Shown here one piece after another: positions 28,510 to 37,768 of a stretch of 64,000 bases of DNA (position 1 is the stretch's first letter; each line of letters starts with the position of its first letter). Origin of the DNA: an uncultured Gammaproteobacteria bacterium. GTDB taxonomy: Bacteria; Patescibacteriota; Patescibacteriia; SG8-24. The stretch spans positions 64,841 to 128,840 of the forward strand of contig CAZBFO010000005.1 in NCBI GenBank assembly GCA_964491475.1. Direction: 5' to 3'. The position numbers and the translations under genes are program-made. Under the pieces are notes generated by a model, which had not been told where the DNA came from, did no database searches, and saw only the letters and a list, made by a program, of their open reading frames with translations.

Positions 28510-29652
28510 ATGACCGAAGAAAAAAAGGTTTCCGAGGATAACGAGTCCGGCTGGGACGAGGCGCTTCTGCCGGTGTTGCAAGACATCGTCGGCAAAGCTG
28601 TCGAGGGCGTCTGCGACATCAAGGCGATCGATATCGCCATCAGGTCGCTCTCCCCGTCCGTCGTCGTCGCGAGCAGCGGTCTGCCCAGCCTCGTCGGGAT
28701 GCTCTCGTCGAAGCTGGCACACGGCCTGTTCACTTCGCCGGTCTACAGGGACCTCTTCAAGGACTCGCTCATCGAGGCCGGCCGCCGACTCCGGGACAAG
28801 ATCCAGGAGAAGGGCGGCATGAAGAACGTCACGAAGGAAGAGTACGGTGAAGCCGTCCAGGAAGGGTTCCAGGCGGCGGCCGAGAAGAAGTACGTCGTCA
28901 TCGACGGACTGCTTCACCAGCCGAACTGCTGGCGCATCCAGCCTCGTCTCAAGCAACCGCAGAGGCGAAGCAAGGAAAAGGACGGTCAGCAGCAGCCGCA
29001 ACAGCAGCAAGCACAGCCCGTCGCGGAGGTCACCCTCCTCGAGGCCGAACAGCAGCACGTCATGTGCGCGCCTTGCTGCTTCGACGGCGTACAGGCGGAC
29101 ATCAAGACCAAGACCGAGGCTCCGGCCAAGGTCGAGGCCCCCAAGCCGCCGCCGCGCTCGCCGATGGAGGTGATCAACCGTGCAGCACCGGAAGATCGCG
29201 CCTTCTTCCTCAAGTGGCTCAAAGGCCTTCCGGCCGATGAGCGCAAGAGGGTCGACGAGTACCTCAAGCACCTGGACTCCGAAGAGGAGTTCAACGCGCT
29301 GGTTGGCTGCATCAAGGATGAGCCCGAAGTCGTGTACGAGATGATGATGTTGCTGGAGAACAGCAACGGCTCGCTCCGCACGAAGCAGTTCATCCTCCTC
29401 GCGGGCCAGGCCATCGAGCGGCACTCGATGGAGGCGCTCGGGGCCATCAAGTGCGGCATCAAGCATGCCGCGCGGAAGGTCGTCGAGACCGACGAGATGT
29501 TCGCCCCGGTCGCCAAGCGGCTACGGGAGAACGAATCACGTGAAAAGCCGGAGCCCACCTTTCGGGTGGCGCTCGGCCTCAAAAAGCCCGAAAACAAGGG
29601 CTTTCTGCATGCCACCGGCCGTTTCGTGAAGTCCCTGTTCCTCTTCTTCTAG
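28510..29652 (+). CDS. Hypothetical protein with possible Ada-like Zn-binding motif and poly-Q tract
   Basis: LLHQPNC...EA...MCAPCC; GGGAG RBS. Confidence 0.75.
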   Translation: MTEEKKVSEDNESGWDEALLPVLQDIVGKAVEGVCDIKAIDIAIRSLSPSVVVASSGLPSLVGMLSSKLAHGLFTSPVYRDLFKDSLIEAGRRLRDKIQEKGGMKNVTKEEYGEAVQEGFQAAAEKKYVVIDGLLHQPNCWRIQPRLKQPQRRSKEKDGQQQPQQQQAQPVAEVTLLEAEQQHVMCAPCCFDGVQADIKTKTEAPAKVEAPKPPPRSPMEVINRAAPEDRAFFLKWLKGLPADERKRVDEYLKHLDSEEEFNALVGCIKDEPEVVYEMMMLLENSNGSLRTKQFILLAGQAIERHSMEALGAIKCGIKHAARKVVETDEMFAPVAKRLRENESREKPEPTFRVALGLKKPENKGFLHATGRFVKSLFLFF

Positions 29653-29743
29653 GGGGACGGGCAGGGGACGGAGAGAATTCGCTCTCCGTCCCCTCAACCA
29701 GATCACTCGCATCCAACAAATACGGACGAATACGGAGTCGAAA

Positions 29744-30790
29744 ATGTCGAATATCCTCAACGTCATCGGTCTGTTCATCAAAGGCACTTCGCGCGACATC
29801 CTCGATGCCGGCGAAGAGCGTCTCGAGAGCATGAAGAACCTGCTCATCGTGACCGTCGTCGCCCCGGTCGTCCTCCTGACGCTCGGCGTGACGATTGCCG
29901 CTCTCTCCGACACGGTCGGCGGCGTCAACGTCGGCAGGGGCTTCATCACGGTCGCGGGTTTCCTCGCGACGCTGATGTGCGGCATCCTGCTCGTGCGCGG
30001 GCGCATCTACGCTTACGTCTTCATCGGGTGCAGCAAAGCCGCCAAGGCCGCGCTGAACTTCATGCCGACGCTCGAGACCGAGGAAGTGCGCAAATATGTC
30101 GCGTACTTCTCCGGCCTGATGTCGTGGATCGCCGGCGTCTGCCTCTACGCGCAGATCGTCCCGATCTGGCGGTCCGTCGGCACCACGCTCATCGTCGCCA
30201 CCGCGATGCTGTGCTTGGCAGCCATGATGGCCGCCCGCTGGTTCGAAGGCAAAGCCGCCCAGAGGACGCTGCTCGTGCTCACCTTGGGCACGCTGCTCTT
30301 CTCCACGCTTCGCCTCGCAAGCCCGCGCGCGCTCAATGCCATGAACGATGCCAGCGACTTCACGCTCGGCACCGATGGCCGCACCGATGCGGACAAGGTG
30401 CTCCTCAAGAAGTTCAACGAGGAGCTCACCGGCATCCGCAAGGACGCGGCCGAGAGTTGCGGCGGCAAGTACTGCAAGGAGGGCGACGTCGCCCGGGTCA
30501 GGGAGCTGGAGAAGAACATCCATCTCCTCGAGACCGGTCAGTACTGGAGCGCCATGGAAGCGGCGACCGCCGCTCCCGCGACCACTGCGGTCAAGAACGG
30601 CAGTTCGCCGACCAAGGTCAACGCGCCGACCAACAAGGTCGACGTGATCACCAAGCCTTCGCAGCAGAAGGCCGACAGCAAGCCTCCGACGCGTCCGGCG
30701 TCGAAGGTCGCGGCAACCCCCAAGAAGGCCGATAGCAGCGACCCGTTCGCCGCCCTCGACCAGTTCCCGGACGTTCCCCCGGTCGAGTAA
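29744..30790 (+). CDS. Hypothetical membrane protein (about 5 TM plus low-complexity tail)
   Basis: Hydrophobic segments, GGAG RBS, terminator downstream. Confidence 0.8.
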   Translation: MSNILNVIGLFIKGTSRDILDAGEERLESMKNLLIVTVVAPVVLLTLGVTIAALSDTVGGVNVGRGFITVAGFLATLMCGILLVRGRIYAYVFIGCSKAAKAALNFMPTLETEEVRKYVAYFSGLMSWIAGVCLYAQIVPIWRSVGTTLIVATAMLCLAAMMAARWFEGKAAQRTLLVLTLGTLLFSTLRLASPRALNAMNDASDFTLGTDGRTDADKVLLKKFNEELTGIRKDAAESCGGKYCKEGDVARVRELEKNIHLLETGQYWSAMEAATAAPATTAVKNGSSPTKVNAPTNKVDVITKPSQQKADSKPPTRPASKVAATPKKADSSDPFAALDQFPDVPPVE

Positions 30791-30801
30791 TCGACCCGCT
30801 T

Positions 30802-30835
30802 AACCCCGACAGCGCTTGCTGTCGGGGTTTCTTTT
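30802..30835 (+). terminator. Rho-independent terminator
   Basis: aaccccgacagc-gctt-gctgtcggggtt plus T-run. Confidence 0.8.
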
Positions 30836-30859
30836 AGCTTAATTTAGCCTTATTTAATT

Positions 30860-30922
30860 GGCTTACTACAGCCAAAATATCGACCTTTCAGTCTTGACAA
30901 AAGGGAAAAAATATGCTAGAGT
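30860..30922 (+). promoter_or_regulatory. GGCT-N6-AGCC site plus sigma70 promoter
   Basis: ttGGCTtactacAGCCaa (30860-30873); TTGACA 30894-17-TAGAGT 30917. Confidence 0.7.
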
Positions 30923-31040
30923 ACTATGTTCAGCAAAGGAGAGTCGTTTCTCAAGCACTGCTGAACACCGCTGAAAATCGGCTCTCTGACAACTGAAAAC
31001 AACTACGTCCGCCAGTCGGACAGCACAGAAGGAGATCATC

Positions 31041-31694
31041 ATGAATAAGGCACTTCTCTCGATTGTGATGCTCGGCATCGGCGGACTGCTCAACATCGGC
31101 TGCATGAATCAGGCAGCCGTATCGGTGAAGGACGGGCATTACGAAGGTAACGCCCGCAGCACCAACCCCGAGGCCCTGCTCGACACGGTCTCGAGGAACA
31201 GGGCACGCGAAACGTACGCGCAGGCGTACAGCGACGCGGTCGCGAACGGCGGGGCATACCCGTACGGCATGGTCGGTCCGGTAGGCGACTACCGGCAGAA
31301 CTACTGCCCGAACGGCATGTGCATCTCGCCGGTCCGCCCTCCGGTCATGGCGCCTCCTCCGCCGACTGCTCCCAAGGCGGCGCCCAAGGCCACTCCTGCT
31401 CCGAACGACGATCCGGCCCAAAAGCCGGTGACCCGCGAGGATCTCGAGAAGGTCAGGGCGCAGGCCGCGGACGCTCAACAGAAAGCCAATGTTTCCATCG
31501 GCATTCTGAAGACCGTCCGCACGGAGAAGGACAAGCCGAAGGAGGTCGCACCCGCAGCGCCTCCACCCCCGCCGCCCTCCGTCACGCCGGCTCCCAAGCC
31601 GATGTCGCAACAGGAGATCGACGAGGTCAACCGTCGGGCCGAAGAGGCTCGCAAGAACGCCGAGGCGGCTTCCGCCCCGGCCAAGCAGCCCTGA
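31041..31694 (+). CDS. Pro-rich putative lipoprotein
   Basis: Signal peptide ending NIGC; AAGGAG RBS. Confidence 0.75.
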   Translation: MNKALLSIVMLGIGGLLNIGCMNQAAVSVKDGHYEGNARSTNPEALLDTVSRNRARETYAQAYSDAVANGGAYPYGMVGPVGDYRQNYCPNGMCISPVRPPVMAPPPPTAPKAAPKATPAPNDDPAQKPVTREDLEKVRAQAADAQQKANVSIGILKTVRTEKDKPKEVAPAAPPPPPPSVTPAPKPMSQQEIDEVNRRAEEARKNAEAASAPAKQP

Positions 31695-31740
31695 AAGGCT
31701 GCGTCACGAAACTCCAACAACCAACGGATAAGAGGTTCAA

Positions 31741-32253
31741 ATGAATAGCAAGTTCGTCACGTTCGTGTTCGTTCTCTTCGCTCTCGTCATCAGCGGCTGC
31801 GGCGTCACGTCGTACCGCTCGCAAATCTCGTACGACGTGCCTCCTCCGGGCGGCCCGGCGTTTGCGACAGGTCCGCAAGGGCAGGCGTACGGTCCCACCT
31901 CGATTCCATTGAAGGACGTCGCTTTCCTCGACTTCGCCCCGCGGGCCTGCGGCGACGGTCCGCTCTCCGTCGAGTTCGTGAACGAGAGCGGCAACTACGT
32001 CGCTCTGGAGTTCGACGGCTTGGACGTCCACATCATGGGCGCCCAAGACGAGCTTCCGCCCTTCGTTCCGCCGGGCAGCCACGTGTACCTCTGCATGGAC
32101 GAGATGGGGCATCACTCCATCACGGGCACGCAGTACACGGTGGCCGGCGGTCGGCCGGTCAGGATGTTCGACTTCCGATGGAACGGCGAGTTCACCGCCA
32201 GCAAGCGCCACGTGGCGCGGCTCGTCGGCGGCTACCCCGGCATCCTCATCTGA
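31741..32253 (+). CDS. Putative lipoprotein
   Basis: Signal peptide ending ISGC; GAGG RBS. Confidence 0.75.
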   Translation: MNSKFVTFVFVLFALVISGCGVTSYRSQISYDVPPPGGPAFATGPQGQAYGPTSIPLKDVAFLDFAPRACGDGPLSVEFVNESGNYVALEFDGLDVHIMGAQDELPPFVPPGSHVYLCMDEMGHHSITGTQYTVAGGRPVRMFDFRWNGEFTASKRHVARLVGGYPGILI

Positions 32254-32282
32254 ACATCAGCCCGCATCCGGTTCTCGGATGC

Positions 32283-32320
32283 AAAAAGGGTCCAGCGCTT
32301 GCTGGACCCTTTCTTTTTTT
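32283..32320. terminator. Bidirectional terminator
   Basis: aaaaagggtccagc-gctt-gctggaccctttcttttt between convergent genes. Confidence 0.8.
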
Positions 32321-32331
32321 GCTCGCGGAGT

Positions 32332-32730
32332 TTAGGCCTTGAGCGAGTTGGTGAGGGAGTCGATGACGAAGTTGGTGATGGCGTAGGCGGCGAAGATCAG
32401 GACCATGCCGATGACGGCGTTCGAGATCATCTTCTTGGCCATCTTCACCTTTTCCTCGCTGCCCTGGGCGGTCATCCAGAGGAAGCCGGCGTAGATGATG
32501 ATGCAGACCAGGATGACGCCGAGCAGGCCGAGGGCCGCGCCGATCATGTTACCGATCAGTTTGGGGAGGTCGGTGTTGCCGCTGGTGACGCCGGCCGCGC
32601 CGGCAGTGCTGGCGGCGCTGGCCTTGAGGTTCTCGAGGCTGGTGACCGCGAGGGCGGCGAGAGGGGCCGAGACAGTGGCCATGGCGGCAATTGAACCGGC
32701 GGCGATGCTCTTGAATGAAATCTTCTTCAT
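32332..32730 (-). CDS. VirB2/TrbC-like (T4SS_pilin family) pilin 1
   Basis: IIYAGFLWMTAQGSEEKVKMAKKMISNAVIG. Confidence 0.88.
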   Translation of the reverse strand: MKKISFKSIAAGSIAAMATVSAPLAALAVTSLENLKASAASTAGAAGVTSGNTDLPKLIGNMIGAALGLLGVILVCIIIYAGFLWMTAQGSEEKVKMAKKMISNAVIGMVLIFAAYAITNFVIDSLTNSLKA

Positions 32731-32779
32731 AGACGGGCTTGCTTAAGACCAGTTTTTGGAATTAATTAAGTCACGAGAT

Positions 32780-33199
32780 TTAGTACCCAGCGTCGTACGG
32801 ATCAACCGGCTTTTGGAGCGAGTTGGCGAGCGAGTTGGTGACGAAGGTCGTGATGGCGTATGCAGAGAATGTTAGCACGATTCCTATGACCGCACCAGAG
32901 AGAATCTTCTTGGCCTGCTTGATCTTCTCGTCGCTGCCCTGGGCGGTCATCCAGATGAAACCGGCGTAGATGACCAGGATGACGAAGATAGCGCCGAGCA
33001 GACCGAGTGCCGAACCGATGATACGGCCGATGATGACCGGGAGATCGGTATTGCTGCCGCCGAGCCCCGCAGCGTCGCCAGTTGCCGTAAGGCCGGTGTC
33101 TTCGCTCAAGGAAGCGAATGCCTGGGAACCGATAAACGTCGACAGGGCAATGGAGAGGCCAACAGCGGCGATTTTTTTGGCTATTGCATTGGTGCGCAT
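32780..33199 (-). CDS. VirB2/TrbC-like pilin 2
   Basis: VIYAGFIWMTAQGSDEKIKQAKKILSGAVIG. Confidence 0.88.
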   Translation of the reverse strand: MRTNAIAKKIAAVGLSIALSTFIGSQAFASLSEDTGLTATGDAAGLGGSNTDLPVIIGRIIGSALGLLGAIFVILVIYAGFIWMTAQGSDEKIKQAKKILSGAVIGIVLTFSAYAITTFVTNSLANSLQKPVDPYDAGY

Positions 33200-33268
33200 A
33201 AATTCCTCCGTTATCCACAGAATGTTACTTCCAGCCCAATCATACCTTTTTTCGGGTCTTTTTGCGAC

Positions 33269-33304
33269 AAAAAATCCCCGTCCCTTTCGGGACGGGGATT
33301 TTTT
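33269..33304 (-). terminator. Terminator after pilin 3
   Basis: aaaaaatccccgtccc-loop-gggacggggatttttt. Confidence 0.8.
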
Positions 33305-33312
33305 ACGAGCCG

Positions 33313-33684
33313 TTAGCTCGTTCCGTTGATGACGGCACCGACCACGAACTGGGCGATCGCGTAGGCCGACATGATGATAATGAGACCGATGACACCCGAG
33401 ATGATGAGCTTCTTGGCTTCGGCGACCTTCTCTTCGTTGCCACCAGCGGTCATCCACTTGAAGCCGCCGAGAAGAATGATGACTACGGCGACGATACCGA
33501 GCAGGCCCATGAACGCCTTGATGACGCTCGAAACGGTCGTGCGGACGTCTTGCGTGCCGAGACCGATGGCAGTGGCGTAGTTGAGACCGAGGTCCGGACC
33601 AGCCGCGAGGGCGATGGCCGGAGCGGCGACTACTGCTGCCGTCAGGGCACTGGCCGCAATCTTCGTAATGGTTGCTTTGCGCAT
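33313..33684 (-). CDS. VirB2/TrbC-like pilin 3
   Basis: ILLGGFKWMTAGGNEEKVAEAKKLIISGVIG. Confidence 0.88.
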   Translation of the reverse strand: MRKATITKIAASALTAAVVAAPAIALAAGPDLGLNYATAIGLGTQDVRTTVSSVIKAFMGLLGIVAVVIILLGGFKWMTAGGNEEKVAEAKKLIISGVIGLIIIMSAYAIAQFVVGAVINGTS

Positions 33685-33837
33685 AGCGCTAGTGCTGTTG
33701 AGTAAGCCATATGCGCTCTTAGGCGGCGCATGTAGCAGGACAAAGTCGGGAGGTTATCCCCAAGTCCAATAAAAGACATCCATGTGGATGGATGTCTTCA
33801 GTATAGCAGAACTGTTTTTGGATGAGAATAACGGCGG

Positions 33838-34200
33838 TTATCTGCCGCTCAAAGATGCAGTCAGCACATGGCCGAAGAGGTAGTCCAGGACCGTGAACGA
33901 GCTAAAGCAGACGATCAGGCCCATCGTTGCGTACACCATGTTCTGCTTGGCTGCCTTGATCTTTTCTGGAGCCCCGCCGGCAGCCATCCAGGAGAAGCCG
34001 CTCCAGATGAAGACGAGCAGTGCCAGCGTTCCGGAAAGGGAAAGGAACGCGCCGATGAGTCGGCCTGCTATGACGCTAAGCGTCGTTCTGCCGAGCGGAT
34101 GAAGGGGGTCCAGGGCAAGAACTGATAGGGGGGCGGTCAGCAGGGCGACAGAAGTCACGGCTCCCAACAGCGACAGGCGTGAGGTGATTCGTTTTGACAT
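33838..34200 (-). CDS. VirB2/TrbC-like pilin 4
   Basis: FIWSGFSWMAAGGAPEKIKAAKQNMVYATMG. Confidence 0.85.
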   Translation of the reverse strand: MSKRITSRLSLLGAVTSVALLTAPLSVLALDPLHPLGRTTLSVIAGRLIGAFLSLSGTLALLVFIWSGFSWMAAGGAPEKIKAAKQNMVYATMGLIVCFSSFTVLDYLFGHVLTASLSGR

Positions 34201-34210
34201 AGGGGACACG

Positions 34211-34702
34211 TTAGCTTGCTGCGCTGCCAAGCGCGTTGAACAGCGCCGTCAGGATGGCGTAGGAACCGAAGATGATGAAGAGTCCGATGACCGCCCACTT
34301 GAGGCTGTTCAGTCCCGAAGCGTACTTTTTTTCGTTACCGGCAGCGGTAATCATCTGGAAACCGCCGTAGACGAAGAAGAGCAGCGCCGCCGTTCCCGAG
34401 AGGCCCATGAATCCCATCGTTGCACGGGCGACGACCGTGGTTACGCTCGCGCCGTTCAACGGGTCGTAAAGTTGGGTTTTCTTTGGGGGAGCCTTCGGGG
34501 CAGCAGGAGCGCTCGCTGCAGGAGCATTCGTGGCCGGAGGCGGACCCGCAGGAGCATCCGCTAACTGCAGCGTTTCTGCGGGCAACGTTTGGGCCAAGGA
34601 CACCGAGAGGGGGGCCGCCGTCAGCACCAGCGACATGAGGGTCAGGCCGGCTGCAGCCAGGGCGGCGCTAATTGTCTTTGAGTGCGGACGATGGGATACC
34701 AT
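34211..34702 (-). CDS. VirB2/TrbC-like pilin 5
   Basis: FVYGGFQMITAAGNEKKYASGLNSLKWAVIG. Confidence 0.85.
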   Translation of the reverse strand: MVSHRPHSKTISAALAAAGLTLMSLVLTAAPLSVSLAQTLPAETLQLADAPAGPPPATNAPAASAPAAPKAPPKKTQLYDPLNGASVTTVVARATMGFMGLSGTAALLFFVYGGFQMITAAGNEKKYASGLNSLKWAVIGLFIIFGSYAILTALFNALGSAAS

Positions 34703-34713
34703 GGCTATCGCGG

Positions 34714-35340
34714 TTACTGGTTAGACATGAAGTTCTTCAGCCATTCCGGCGGTGCCGCTGAGTTGCTGGGCGGCTGCGCGGCGTCCGGAGCGGCCGGCAT
34801 GCAGCATTGCTCGGTCTTCGATCCGCAGACGGCCTGGACGTTGCAGTTCTTTCCGAGCTTCGGATCCATGCAGACGTACCCCTGTTCCTTAAGGGAGGCG
34901 TCGGAGCATGCTAACGGGAATTCGATTTGTTCCTGCGTCGTTTCTATCTGGCCCTTGGTGAGAAGCAGCTTGCCGTAGTCGATGATGTATCCGGCCAGGA
35001 ATATCAGGAAGATGCCGATTACCGCGTTGCGGAGGATGGTTTTTCCATGCTCGATCTTCTTGCTCTCGCCGCCGGAGGACAGCATGGTGAACCCGCCATA
35101 GACGAACATCAGGAGGGCAAAACTGCCGGTCACCGCGATGATGAGCGAGGCGATGTTGAGGAAAGTTTCCTTGACGCAGTTGAGGTCAGGCGGGTTCACG
35201 CCTTGCTGCGTGGCGCATTTCGGAACGATGGGGCCGACGGCCAGGGCGGGTAACGCGGCGGCGAAGGTGAAGCCGATAACCACTGCTGTCGTTGCAAGTG
35301 CGGCGTAGGTGCGGCGGCTGATGCGCATAGCGGTAGGCAT
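34714..35340 (-). CDS. VirB2/TrbC-like pilin 6 with C-terminal six-Cys module
   Basis: FVYGGFTMLSSGGESKKIEHGKTILRNAVIG; C-term C..GYVC..C..C..CC. Confidence 0.85.
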   Translation of the reverse strand: MPTAMRISRRTYAALATTAVVIGFTFAAALPALAVGPIVPKCATQQGVNPPDLNCVKETFLNIASLIIAVTGSFALLMFVYGGFTMLSSGGESKKIEHGKTILRNAVIGIFLIFLAGYIIDYGKLLLTKGQIETTQEQIEFPLACSDASLKEQGYVCMDPKLGKNCNVQAVCGSKTEQCCMPAAPDAAQPPSNSAAPPEWLKNFMSNQ

Positions 35341-35353
35341 ACGGTTTCTCACG

Positions 35354-36766
35354 TCACTTAATCGTCTGGTTCACTTTGGTCGCGCCGACCTCGACGATCT
35401 TCTTGGCGTCGGCGTCGCCGGCGAGCATTTGGCGGATCATGTCTTGGAACGCCTTTTCGGTGGCGTCTTCATCGATACCATGATACCAGCTTTTTGCCAG
35501 CGGTGCTTGGGTGGCAAAAACGTTCATGTCGATGTCCTGAAGCTGCTGCGTGGCGAGGCTCTTGAGGGCTGCCGGCCTTCGGTATTTTGCCAAGAGCGTC
35601 TTGGCGTTGGCCTCTTTTGCCATGTACTGCACGAAATCCCACGCTTCGTTGGGGTTTTGGGTCTTGTTCGTAACCGCATTCACCCAGTAGTTGGGATAGT
35701 AGATGGGTTTGTTGCCGGCGATTTGAGGGAACGTGGTTACTCCGAAATTCAGTGTTGGGCTGGCGTGTCGAATCTGCGCCAGGTGGTAGGAATAGCCGAA
35801 GAAGTATGCGGTCTGTCCGGCCTCGAACGCCTGCAGGGAATTCGGCATCTTGTCGTTCCAGGTGTAGACCTCTTTCACGGGATTGGCGAAATCGGTGTAG
35901 AACACCAGCGCCTCGGCCGCCGGAGGCAACGGGCGGCCGGCGAGTTCTGGCGGATACTTGTCAAAAGTCACCGTGCCCGTGTCATCGGTCATTGCGGCGC
36001 CGTTCTGCATCATCAGGATGCCCAGGACGTCCACGCCGCGTTCGACGTTGTCTGCGGTACCCAGGGCGGTACCGGACTGTATGATGGTCCCGGTCTGGTC
36101 CAGGCGGGTGATTTTTTTGATTTGGTCCTGGAAGGTTTTCCAATCCGCGGCAGGTTGGGCAATGCCGGACTTGTTGAGGATGTCCCGGTTGTAATAGAGC
36201 GCCATCGTGTCGACGGAGATGGGCAGGCCGTAGATTTTCGGGACCAGCGGCATTTTGGGGTCGGCCTGCTCGGTCGGCAGCACGACATCCTGCGAAACGG
36301 CGTCGACGTAATCATTGGCAAGTTCCTTCAGGGTTGTTCCGGGGAACGTATGAATGACCGTGATCGCTTCCTTCTTGATCGTGCCTTGGATTTCCCTGAA
36401 AGCAAGGCTAAGCGTAGGGGGGACAGGGAGCAGCTCCGGCTGGAACCGCCGCAGCCAGGTCGACGGCAAGCTGACGATGTCCGGTCCTTGGTCCTCGGCC
36501 AGCGCGTTAAGCACCTTTTTCTCGTATTCGTCGGGGGTCAGCCGTTTGAAATCGAAGCTGACGTTGCGGTGGACCGACTGGTATGCGGTGAAGATGGGAT
36601 CCAAGGTCTCGGAATCGTCGTACACGCTCCAGAACTTGATCGTGACCGGCCGCATCGCCTCCGCTATCTTTTTGTCGGGAAACAGCTTGCAGCCGAATCC
36701 GCCGAGAATGAGGACTGCTGTCAGGCCCGCGAGAATCGAGAGCCGTCGGAAAGAGTTGGGGAGCAT
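35354..36766 (-). CDS. Extracellular solute-binding lipoprotein (sugar-type SBP)
   Basis: Lipobox GFGC; GPDI, GLPISVDTMALYYNRD, EAWDFVQY. Confidence 0.9.
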   Translation of the reverse strand: MLPNSFRRLSILAGLTAVLILGGFGCKLFPDKKIAEAMRPVTIKFWSVYDDSETLDPIFTAYQSVHRNVSFDFKRLTPDEYEKKVLNALAEDQGPDIVSLPSTWLRRFQPELLPVPPTLSLAFREIQGTIKKEAITVIHTFPGTTLKELANDYVDAVSQDVVLPTEQADPKMPLVPKIYGLPISVDTMALYYNRDILNKSGIAQPAADWKTFQDQIKKITRLDQTGTIIQSGTALGTADNVERGVDVLGILMMQNGAAMTDDTGTVTFDKYPPELAGRPLPPAAEALVFYTDFANPVKEVYTWNDKMPNSLQAFEAGQTAYFFGYSYHLAQIRHASPTLNFGVTTFPQIAGNKPIYYPNYWVNAVTNKTQNPNEAWDFVQYMAKEANAKTLLAKYRRPAALKSLATQQLQDIDMNVFATQAPLAKSWYHGIDEDATEKAFQDMIRQMLAGDADAKKIVEVGATKVNQTIK

Positions 36767-36771
36767 AGCGT

Positions 36772-37668
36772 TCAGCGTTTCTTGCGCGATTTGCCCGCGG
36801 TTGCGGACTTGAGGTAGCGAGTGAAGGCACCGTCTGCGTTTGCTTCGGAATGGCGTTGGGCGAAATGGACCGCGGCAATCATGAATTCCAGCTTGCTGCC
36901 GCAGTCGAAGCGGGTTCCCTCGACCACCTTTCCGTAGATGGGCTTGTCGTTGCCCAAGTGAGTGATGAAAGCGTCGGCCAGCCTGATCTCGCCGTCTTTG
37001 CCGGGCTTTTGCGTTTTGAGGAGGTGCAGGATTTCGGGCGTGACGACGTAGCGGCCGACAGCGGCGAAAGTGGAGGGAGCCTTGTCCGGACTGGGTTTTT
37101 CCACGAAGCCGTTCAGTTCCATGACGTGCTTGTCGATCTTCTTGCCGCCGGCGATGCCGTACTTGGAGACGTTCTTCTTGCCCACGTCGCACAGCGCGAT
37201 GACCGGATCGTGATAGCGCTCGTAGGTGGCGATCAGCTGCGACGTGACCGGAACCGGAGCGTCGAAGATGTCATCTCCGAACATCACCACCACCGGTTCG
37301 TCCGCGCCGATGAACGGCAGGGCGGAGAGGATGGCATGGCCGTCGCCCAGCGGCACCTGCTGCCTCACGAAGGCGAACTTGGCCAAGTCGGAGATTTTGA
37401 GGAGATCGGTCAGCTCTCTGGTCTTGCCCTTGGACTCGAGGCGCGCCTCGAGTTCGGCGTTGCGGTCAAAGTGGTCTTCGATGGCGCGCTTCTGCTGGCT
37501 CGTGACGAAGATGATTTCTTCTATGCCTGCGGCGACCGCTTCTTCGACCACGTACTGAATGGCGGGCTTGTCGACGATGGTCAGCATTTCCTTCGGCTGC
37601 GCTTTCGTTGCGGGGAGGAATCTGGTTCCAAGGCCGGCGACGGGGATGATGGCTTTTCGGATGTTCAT
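36772..37668 (-). CDS. galU: UTP--glucose-1-phosphate uridylyltransferase
   Basis: KAIIPVAGLGTRFLPATKAQPKEML, VEKP, GEIRLADA, DCGSK. Confidence 0.95.
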   Translation of the reverse strand: MNIRKAIIPVAGLGTRFLPATKAQPKEMLTIVDKPAIQYVVEEAVAAGIEEIIFVTSQQKRAIEDHFDRNAELEARLESKGKTRELTDLLKISDLAKFAFVRQQVPLGDGHAILSALPFIGADEPVVVMFGDDIFDAPVPVTSQLIATYERYHDPVIALCDVGKKNVSKYGIAGGKKIDKHVMELNGFVEKPSPDKAPSTFAAVGRYVVTPEILHLLKTQKPGKDGEIRLADAFITHLGNDKPIYGKVVEGTRFDCGSKLEFMIAAVHFAQRHSEANADGAFTRYLKSATAGKSRKKR

Positions 37669-37768
37669 AGCCTCCCAAGTATACGGAATTTGCCGCGTTC
37701 CGAAAAGCCCAAATCCGCATTAAAAAGCGGTCCGATGGGTGCGGACCGCTTTTGCTCGTTTTGCGGTT

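Noticed and set aside
32332-35340. Conjugative element or prophage
   Set aside because: No integrase, relaxase, VirB4/VirD4 or phage genes; no att duplications noticed at the four tRNAs
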